From the NCBI GenBank assembly GCA_036562835.1, contig DATCJI010000356.1, forward strand, positions 44-64,043: a DNA stretch of 64,000 bases. The letters are read 5' to 3'. Origin of the DNA: Xanthobacteraceae bacterium (GTDB lineage: Bacteria > Pseudomonadota > Alphaproteobacteria > Rhizobiales > Xanthobacteraceae). Under the pieces are notes generated by a model. It did not search any database. It was not told the DNA's origin and was given only the letters and a program-made list of their open reading frames with translations. Shown here in pieces: positions 30,002-36,942 of this stretch (positions within the stretch are counted from its first letter, which is position 1; each line of letters begins with the position of its first letter). The position numbers and the translations under genes were made by a program.

Positions 30002-31246
30002 ATGAAACTATCCTCTACGCGCATCGGCCGCCTGCTCGCCGCCGTTGTCATCGCGGCTGCAGCTCCAAATTCGCTCGCCGCACAGGAGCTGATCAAGATC
30101 GGCTTCAGCGTGTCGCTCACAGGCGGGCTTGCCTCTTCCGGGAAGGCACATCTGCTTTCGAAGCAAATCTGGACAGAAGAGGTCAACGCGATGGGCGGCG
30201 TGCTCGGACGACCCGTCAAGCTCGTCTATTACGACGATCAGACGAATGCAGCGACGGTTCCGGGCATCTATGCAAAGCTGATCGACGTTGACAAGGTCGA
30301 CATTCTCATGGGCGCCGCCACTAATCTGATCGTGGCCGCCATGCCGCTGATCATGGAGCGCCAGAGGATGGTGATGGTGCTGCTTGCGCTCGGCTCGAAT
30401 GCCGAGTTCAAGTATGCACGGTATTTCCAGAACTCTCCGTTCGGTCCCGATCCGAAAGGTGTGCTGTCGAGCGCGTTCTTCGAAGTGGCGAAGTCGCTCG
30501 ATCCCGTGCCGAAGACGGTCGCGCTGGTCGGGGCGGATGCCGAATTCTCCAATAACGTGCTGGTCGGCGCGCGCGCCAACGCAAGGGCGGCCGGCCTGCA
30601 GATCGTCTATGACCGGACCTATCCACCCGCTACCGTGGATTACACGCCGGTTGTACGCGCGATTGCCGCGACCAGCCCCGACGCGGTGTTGCTTGCTTCC
30701 TATCCGCCGGATTCAGTGGGCATGATCCGCGCCGCGACCGAGACCAGGCTCAGGACGCAATTATTCGGCGGCGCCATGGTAGGCATGCAATACGCCTCCC
30801 TGATGACGCAGCTCGGTGACAAGGTCAATCGCCTTGTCAATTACCATTTCTATGTTCCCAGTCCGAAGATGAGCTTTCCGGGCATTGATGACTTTCTGAG
30901 AAAATTCCAGGCGCAGGCGAAGGACGCCGGTGTCGACCCGCTCGGCTTCTACCAGCCCCCATTCGCCTACGCGGCGATGCAGATCCTCGAGCAGGCCGTC
31001 AAGGCAACCAGCAGTCTCGATGACGAGAAGCTCGCGGCCTATATCCATGCGAGCGCGTTCAACACTATCGTGGGCGAAATCAGGTTCAACGAGCTTGGCG
31101 AGTGGGCCAACGCGCGCGTGCTCATGGTGCAATTCCAGAACGTGCAGGGAAGCGGCCTCGACCAATATCTGACCGGCCATCGGCAGGTGATCGTCTATCC
31201 GCCTGAGTACAAGGATGGCGAGATCGAAAAGCCCTTCGCGCGATAA
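30002..31246 (+). CDS. ABC transporter substrate-binding protein, branched-chain amino acid (LivJ/type-1 PBP) family
   Basis: Signal peptide MKLSSTRIGRLLAAVVIAAAAPNSLAA, then IKIGFSVSLTGGLASSGK. No cognate permease or ATPase is adjacent. Confidence 0.8.
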   Translation: MKLSSTRIGRLLAAVVIAAAAPNSLAAQELIKIGFSVSLTGGLASSGKAHLLSKQIWTEEVNAMGGVLGRPVKLVYYDDQTNAATVPGIYAKLIDVDKVDILMGAATNLIVAAMPLIMERQRMVMVLLALGSNAEFKYARYFQNSPFGPDPKGVLSSAFFEVAKSLDPVPKTVALVGADAEFSNNVLVGARANARAAGLQIVYDRTYPPATVDYTPVVRAIAATSPDAVLLASYPPDSVGMIRAATETRLRTQLFGGAMVGMQYASLMTQLGDKVNRLVNYHFYVPSPKMSFPGIDDFLRKFQAQAKDAGVDPLGFYQPPFAYAAMQILEQAVKATSSLDDEKLAAYIHASAFNTIVGEIRFNELGEWANARVLMVQFQNVQGSGLDQYLTGHRQVIVYPPEYKDGEIEKPFAR

Positions 31247-31287
31247 ATCCCCTCCCGCGTTTAGGGCGATTCAGGAAGAGACTAGAC

Positions 31288-32391
31288 ATGCAGATCACGG
31301 CGGCCGTGGCGCGGCAAAGGTTTGCGCCATTCAGCATCGAGCAGGTGGAGCTCACCGAGCCTCGGCCCGATGAGCTCCTGGTCCAGGTCGTGGCCTGCGG
31401 AATGTGCCAGACCGACCAGCATGGGCGTGACGGCTACTACAACACACCATTGCCCGCCGTGTTCGGCCACGAAGGCGCGGGCATCGTGGCGGCCGTGGGC
31501 GAGGCTGTCACCAGCTTCGCTCCCGGCGATCACGTCGTGATTTCCTATCCGTGGTGCGGAGCCTGTGCCAATTGCAGACGCGAAATGCAGTCGCATTGCC
31601 TGCGCAACTTCGATCTGAAGATGCGCGGTACCCGCCTCGATGGTTCGACACTCATGCGGCAGAACGGCGAGCCGATCTACAGCGCCTTCTTTCAGCAATC
31701 GTCCTTCGGCACCTATGCAATTGCCAATCACCGCTTTGCAGTAAAGGTGCGAAACGACGCCCCTCTTGACGTGCTCGGCCCGTTCGCCTGCAGCGGCCAG
31801 ACCGGCGCAGGCGCCGTTTTCAATTCCATGCGGCCGCGGCCCGGCGATTCGTTCGTCGTGTTCGGGGTCGGCGCCGTAGGCCTGTCCGGCCTCATGGCCG
31901 CAAAAATCGCAGACTGCGATCCGATCATCGCCGTCGACGTTCGCGCGGCCAGACTTGCGCTCGCGCGCGAACTCGGCGCCACGCATACCCTCGACCACAC
32001 CGAAAACAGCGATGTGGTGCCGGAGGTTCGGAAGATCACGGGTGAAGGGGCTCGCTTTACCCTCGAGACGTCGGCAGAGCCGAATGTGTTTCGCGAAGCC
32101 ATCGAGGCATTGATGCCGGGCGGCACCTGCATTCTTCTCGGCAGCGCACGCAAAGGCACGGAAGTAAGTTTCGATATGCCCTTCCTGCAATTCGGCCGCG
32201 TCGTACGAGGTGTCATTCAGGGCGAAAGCATACCCCAAAAATTCATTCCTCTCCTCGTTGACCTGCTCATGCAGGGAAAAATGCCCGTCGATCGCATGAT
32301 GACGTTCTACCCGCTTGCGGAGATCAATCGCGCCGCGGAAGATTCATCGAGCGGCAGGACGATAAAGCCCGTGCTGCGCATGCCGCATTGA
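31288..32391 (+). CDS. Zn-dependent alcohol/aryl-alcohol dehydrogenase (MDR superfamily)
   Basis: CGMCQTDQH, VFGHEGAGIV, a structural-Zn Cys cluster CGACANCRREMQSHC, and the Rossmann motif VFGVGAVGL. Confidence 0.85.
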   Translation: MQITAAVARQRFAPFSIEQVELTEPRPDELLVQVVACGMCQTDQHGRDGYYNTPLPAVFGHEGAGIVAAVGEAVTSFAPGDHVVISYPWCGACANCRREMQSHCLRNFDLKMRGTRLDGSTLMRQNGEPIYSAFFQQSSFGTYAIANHRFAVKVRNDAPLDVLGPFACSGQTGAGAVFNSMRPRPGDSFVVFGVGAVGLSGLMAAKIADCDPIIAVDVRAARLALARELGATHTLDHTENSDVVPEVRKITGEGARFTLETSAEPNVFREAIEALMPGGTCILLGSARKGTEVSFDMPFLQFGRVVRGVIQGESIPQKFIPLLVDLLMQGKMPVDRMMTFYPLAEINRAAEDSSSGRTIKPVLRMPH

Positions 32392-32403
32392 GCGGTACGG
32401 CAG

Positions 32404-32470
32404 GGCGGAATAGCGCCAGCGTATTCCGCCGCCGGATCGCTTCGGCGCAATACGCTAACGCTATTGCGCC
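32404..32470. repeat. pair of near-identical REP-like hairpins (9-bp stem, 9-nt loop each)
   Basis: ggcggaata-gcgccagcg-tattccgcc is at 32404-32430 and ggcgcaata-cgctaacgc-tattgcgcc is at 32444-32470, between convergent genes. Confidence 0.65.
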
Positions 32471-32486
32471 CTACGCTCGGATTTGC

Positions 32487-32666
32487 TCAGTGGCGATCTA
32501 CGCGAACAGGCAAGACCTGTGCGCGGCCCGTTGCGTGCAGCCTTTCCGCGCGATCGAGCCAGATCTGCGCCATGCTTAGCCAGAGAACCTTGGTTCTCTC
32601 ATTGGCGGCTTCTTGGGCCCATCTCAGGCAATTGGCCGCACGTTTCCGCAGTTCATCGATGCTCAT
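32487..32666 (-). CDS. small helical hypothetical protein (about 59 aa), paralogue-like to 23044..23229
   Basis: MSIDELRKRAANCLRWAQEAANERTKVLWLSMAQIWLDRAERL... No clear Shine-Dalgarno. The ORF extends to a TTG at 32738. Confidence 0.35.
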   Translation of the reverse strand: MSIDELRKRAANCLRWAQEAANERTKVLWLSMAQIWLDRAERLHATGRAQVLPVRVDRH

Positions 32667-32889
32667 GGCGACAAGTAGACGCCCCACTGGGTAAAATTTT
32701 TCGAAAACTCGACACGGGTTTTGCACAATAGGAGCCAAATGGTTAATGCTCTATGACAGACGCGAGACGACGGACCACGAAGGACCGTTCAGGGAGAGCA
32801 GAGACTTCACGCCGACCTTAGCGCTCCCTGATCTTCTCTTTTTCTGTGCTCCGTAATCTGTCCTCCGTCGTCAGAATGGAGGTTGCGCC

Positions 32890-34593
32890 ATGCTGGAACG
32901 CGGACAGGGCGGAACGCCGGTGGTTGAGACGCGGTTATTCGGCTACGAGCTTCTGAACGATCCGCTTCTGAACAAGGGCACGGCATTCGGCGAGGACGAG
33001 CGCGACACATTCGAGCTGCACGGCCTTCTCCCGCCTAATGTAGCAACGCTCGAGGAGCAGGTGTCCCGGCGCATGGAAGCATTCCGGCGCCTGCCGGATG
33101 ACATAGCGCGCTATATTTTTCTACGCGAGCTTCAGGACTCCAACGAAACGCTGTTCTATGCCGTGCTCCTGCGCGATCTCGAAGGGATGCTGCCGATCGT
33201 TTACACGCCCGCGGTCGGCCGAGGTTGCGAACAATTCAGCCAGAGCTTCCGCAAGCCGCGCGGTATTTTTCTGAGCATGCCGCATAGGGATCGGATCAAA
33301 ACTATTCTCGCCAATCCGCGGTTCGATGATGTCGAGGCGATCGTCGTGACGGACGGCGAGCGCATTCTTGGGCTGGGCGACCAGGGCGCCGGCGGAATGG
33401 GCATTCCGATTGGCAAGCTCGCGCTCTATTCGGCCTGCGGCGGCCTGCATCCGGCGACGACCTTGCCCGTCATGCTCGACGTGGGCACGGATAATGCAGA
33501 CCGTCTGTGCGACCCGCTTTATGTCGGCTGGCGTCACGAACGCGTGCGCGGAGCCGCCTATGATGAGCTGATCGATGCGTTTGTGAATGCCGTGGTCGAG
33601 CGCTGGCCGCATGTCCTGCTGCAATGGGAGGATTTCGCACTTGCCAACGCCACGCGGTTGTTGTCGCGATACCGGGACAGCCTTTGCACCTTCAATGATG
33701 ACATTCAGGGCACCGCCGTCGTTACTGCCGGAACGCTGCTTGCGGCAGTCAACGTCACGGGTATTCCGCTCAGAGATCACCGCATCGCAGTGCTCGGGGC
33801 CGGTTCCGCCGGCATCGGCATCAGCTCACTCCTGTTCAAGGCCATGCTTGCCGACGGACTTTCCGAGCAGGAGGCCAGATCGCGATTTTATTTGATCGAT
33901 CGTGCGGGGCTTCTGGTCCAGGGAATGGATGGCATTCTGGAATTCCAGCAGCCGTTCGCGCAACAACGCGGCGCGATTTCCACATGGAAACTGCAACAGC
34001 CGGATCGCATCGGGCTTGCGGATGTTGCAGCCAATGCGCGCCCAACGGTCCTGATCGGCGTATCCGGCCAGCCCGGCGCCTTCAGCGAAGAGGTGGTACG
34101 TACAATGGCCACCCATACACCGCGACCGATCATATTCCCGTTATCCAATCCCACGTCGCGTTCGGAAGCCACTCCGGACGACGTCATGTTATGGACGAAG
34201 GGACAGGCCGTGATCGGCACGGGCAGCCCCTTCCCGCCGGTGCTACGCAACGGGTCGAGCATTCGAGTTGATCAGACGAACAATGCATACGTATTTCCCG
34301 GCATCGGCCTTGGCAGCATCGCAGCGCGCGCCCGACGTATCAGCGATAACATGCTCATGGCCGCGGCGCGGGCGCTTGCGTCCTTGTCGCCGAGCAAGAC
34401 CAATCCGAAAGCCAATCTCTTGCCGCCCGTCACTGATCTGCGGGAAGTTTCCTACTATGTCGGGCTGGCCGTAGCCTTGGAAGCGCAGAAGGACGGACTC
34501 GCGGAACGCAGCGACAAGGGAGAGCTGGCATCCTTAATCCGCGCGAAGATGTGGACCCCGGTGTATCGCGCTTATCATCGGACGCATAACTGA
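32890..34593 (+). CDS. maeA: NAD-dependent malic enzyme
   Basis: LLNDPLLNKGTAF, VYTPAVG, VVTDGERILGLGDQGAGGMGIPIGKL, FNDDIQGTA and GAGSAGIGI motifs. 567 aa. A GGAGG Shine-Dalgarno lies upstream. Confidence 0.9.
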   Translation: MLERGQGGTPVVETRLFGYELLNDPLLNKGTAFGEDERDTFELHGLLPPNVATLEEQVSRRMEAFRRLPDDIARYIFLRELQDSNETLFYAVLLRDLEGMLPIVYTPAVGRGCEQFSQSFRKPRGIFLSMPHRDRIKTILANPRFDDVEAIVVTDGERILGLGDQGAGGMGIPIGKLALYSACGGLHPATTLPVMLDVGTDNADRLCDPLYVGWRHERVRGAAYDELIDAFVNAVVERWPHVLLQWEDFALANATRLLSRYRDSLCTFNDDIQGTAVVTAGTLLAAVNVTGIPLRDHRIAVLGAGSAGIGISSLLFKAMLADGLSEQEARSRFYLIDRAGLLVQGMDGILEFQQPFAQQRGAISTWKLQQPDRIGLADVAANARPTVLIGVSGQPGAFSEEVVRTMATHTPRPIIFPLSNPTSRSEATPDDVMLWTKGQAVIGTGSPFPPVLRNGSSIRVDQTNNAYVFPGIGLGSIAARARRISDNMLMAAARALASLSPSKTNPKANLLPPVTDLREVSYYVGLAVALEAQKDGLAERSDKGELASLIRAKMWTPVYRAYHRTHN

Positions 34594-34876
34594 TAAGCAT
34601 AGACGGCACGCGCACGAGCCGGAGAGCTGGCAATCATATACTCCCAACTCCAGGCGAAGCTTTGCGGTAAGACATCAGCTGCAATCTGCTTGTTGAGTGA
34701 TGCCGAAACGCCCGGATTATGAAAAAATAAATCCTTCGCACCAAAATACTTGTAGAAATGATACCATGTGCTATGCATGGCACGCTGATCAAACATCTAG
34801 TAAAATCAGACAGAGCGTTGTAGAAGAGAATGCGGTCGGTGCGGCTTTAAGCGCAACGAACCATGGAGAGAAAATT

Positions 34877-35083
34877 ATGGCCAGGAAGGCAAAGAAGCGT
34901 GTCGTGCGACGAGCGTGGACCAAAGAAGACGAGCGCGAGCTCAGGAATCACTCGAAGAACAAGTCGCCAATCAACACGGTTGTGCGAGGCATGAAGCGCA
35001 CGGCAGGCGCGCTGCGCCAGAAAGCCTTCAGCATGGGCCTTTCCCTCGGACATCGCCGCTCTTCCAAAAAGAAGCGCCGCTAG
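34877..35083 (+). CDS. small highly basic protein with a SANT/Myb-like helix pattern (68 aa)
   Basis: MARKAKKRVVRRAWTKEDERELRNHSKNKSP...AGALRQKAFSMGLSLGHRRSSKKKRR. GGAGAG lies 6 nt upstream. It is preceded by a distinctly AT-rich leader. Confidence 0.45.
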   Translation: MARKAKKRVVRRAWTKEDERELRNHSKNKSPINTVVRGMKRTAGALRQKAFSMGLSLGHRRSSKKKRR

Positions 35084-35144
35084 AATTTCAGTTCCACATT
35101 CATCTCGCGCCATGATCCTTGGGCGCGAGCGAGCCTGGGCGAGA

Positions 35145-35194
35145 GAGCCTCGAAGGATGCACGGTCCCCATTCGGGCTGCATCCTTCGAGGCTC
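35145..35194. terminator. 17-bp perfect hairpin between convergent genes
   Basis: gagcctcgaaggatgca (35145-35161), a 16-nt loop, then tgcatccttcgaggctc (35178-35194). Confidence 0.5.
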
Positions 35195-35248
35195 GGCGCG
35201 TTGGGCCGGGCTTAGAATGACAGTTCAGTAAGAGACAGAAAGCCAAGT

Positions 35249-36019
35249 TCAGCGCCAGCCGCCCCCGCCGTTTACGTAGACAGTATCGGCCGTCATGAAG
35301 CCGCAGGCATCCGAGCACATGAAAAGGACCAGCTCGCCGATCTCTTCCGGCTCGCCGAAGCGTTTCATGGGCACGTCCTCGAGAAAGCGCTGCAGCAGCT
35401 CGGGCGACGTCTGCGCCGCAGCCTGGAACGGAGTGCGAATGGGTCCGGGCGAAATCGACAGGCAGCGAATTCCACGATCGGCGAACTCGCGCGCGACGCC
35501 CAGCGTCATGGACACGACGGCACCCTTTGCCGCCGCATAGTGAACCGACGAAGCGGGCCCGCCCCGCCGATGCGCCATGCTTGCCATGTTCACGATCACT
35601 CCATGACCTTTGCTCAGCATATGCGGCAGGACCGCCTGCATGCAGTAGAACGTGCCCTTTACATTCAGCGCGAACGTCTTATCGAACAAGGTTTCGTCAA
35701 TATCGAGGAACTTGGAGCGTCGCAGCGCAGCACCGGCTGAGTTGAAAAGAAAGTCGACGTTCCGAAAAGTCTCGAGGGACTGCGATACCACGCGATCGAC
35801 CTGCTGGCGTGAGGTAACATCCACCGGCAGCGCCAGCGCGGCACCATTGGCGGTGCGGATCTGCTCGGAAATGCGCTCGGCCGCGTCCTGATTAATATCG
35901 GCGCATACAACATTCGCTCCCTCGCGCGCGAAAATCAGCGCGGTTGCCTTGCCGATGCCGCTGCCGGCGCCGGTGATGATGATGGTCTTGCCCCTGAAAT
36001 AGTCGGCAGTCTTAGCCAT
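35249..36019 (-). CDS. SDR-family oxidoreductase (FabG-like)
   Basis: TGAGSGIGKA cofactor motif, NSAG, and catalytic YAAAKGA (YxxxK). 256 aa. Confidence 0.85.
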   Translation of the reverse strand: MAKTADYFRGKTIIITGAGSGIGKATALIFAREGANVVCADINQDAAERISEQIRTANGAALALPVDVTSRQQVDRVVSQSLETFRNVDFLFNSAGAALRRSKFLDIDETLFDKTFALNVKGTFYCMQAVLPHMLSKGHGVIVNMASMAHRRGGPASSVHYAAAKGAVVSMTLGVAREFADRGIRCLSISPGPIRTPFQAAAQTSPELLQRFLEDVPMKRFGEPEEIGELVLFMCSDACGFMTADTVYVNGGGGWR

Positions 36020-36102
36020 TGGACGCTCTCTCCTGCGCGCGTAGGACTACGCGTTCATTGACAGCATATCGGTTTCCATCACAATCAGGATCAAGGAAGG
36101 CG

Positions 36103-36840
36103 ATGACCAGCATCGAGATTACCGACCGATCCGAGATGCTTGCCAAGCTCGAGCAGGCGCTCGCGCTCGATCCGCGCCAGACCGCGATCGTAACCATCGA
36201 TATGCATCGCGGGCACCTGGATATGGCCGTGGCGACCATGCCCACCACGCCCGAGGATGCCCGCCGCGTGATTGAATCGGCCCGCGAGGCGCTCGCATTT
36301 GCTCGCGCGCAGGGCATCCCGGTCATCCATGTCGTGCTCACTTACAGAGTCATCCCAGGCCTCGGCAGCGAGAGCATGAGCCAACCGTTCTGGCGCGCCA
36401 TCGCCGAGATCCGTGACGAGCAGGATCGGCTCACTCCTGGCCGCTCCAGCACGACCACCCATCACAACATCGAGGGCAGCCGCGGGACCGAGATCATCCC
36501 GGAGCTCTTCGACTCCGCCGATTACGTGGTCAATAACAAAAAGCGGCTGGACTGCTTCTACGGCACCGATCTCGACATGCTGCTGCAGAATCTCGCGGCA
36601 AAGAACGTGTGCCTTATGGGAATCAATACGAATACCTGCGTGTTGAACACGAGCTTCACTGCATTCAACAAAAATTACCGCGTGGTGGTGCTCAGCGATT
36701 GCGTTGCCAGCATGTACGGCGCAGACCTCCATGTCTTAGGTCTGCAGAACGTCGCGCGCTGCCTCGGCTGGGTGATCGATAACGCAACTTTCAGGTGCAA
36801 GATCGAAGAGGGACGCAAACGCAACGCGGAGCGCCAGTAG
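36103..36840 (+). CDS. isochorismatase-family cysteine hydrolase
   Basis: TAIVTIDMHRGHLD (catalytic Asp region) and LMGINTNTCVLNT (nucleophile Cys). An AAGGAAGG Shine-Dalgarno lies upstream. Confidence 0.8.
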   Translation: MTSIEITDRSEMLAKLEQALALDPRQTAIVTIDMHRGHLDMAVATMPTTPEDARRVIESAREALAFARAQGIPVIHVVLTYRVIPGLGSESMSQPFWRAIAEIRDEQDRLTPGRSSTTTHHNIEGSRGTEIIPELFDSADYVVNNKKRLDCFYGTDLDMLLQNLAAKNVCLMGINTNTCVLNTSFTAFNKNYRVVVLSDCVASMYGADLHVLGLQNVARCLGWVIDNATFRCKIEEGRKRNAERQ

Positions 36841-36895
36841 GATGGGTTAGGCGCGCAGCGCCGTAACCCATCAGCTCGGATTTTGATTTTATTTG
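36841..36895 (+). terminator. rho-independent terminator after the isochorismatase gene
   Basis: gatgggttaggcgc-gca-gcgccgtaacccatc is followed by a T-rich tract (ggattttgattttatttg). A second hairpin re-using gatgggtt/aacccatc follows at 36895-36922. Confidence 0.65.
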
Positions 36896-36942
36896 ATGGG
36901 TTTCGCTCTCGCTCAACCCATCCTACGCCCGCAGCGAGGTCC

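Noticed and set aside
34575-34796. 73-aa minus-strand ORF in the AT-rich stretch after the malic enzyme gene
   Set aside because: It overlaps the maeA 3' end, has no Shine-Dalgarno and no recognisable family, and its C-terminal third is just the antisense of maeA coding sequence. The AT-rich DNA is better explained as the promoter/leader of the small basic protein gene.
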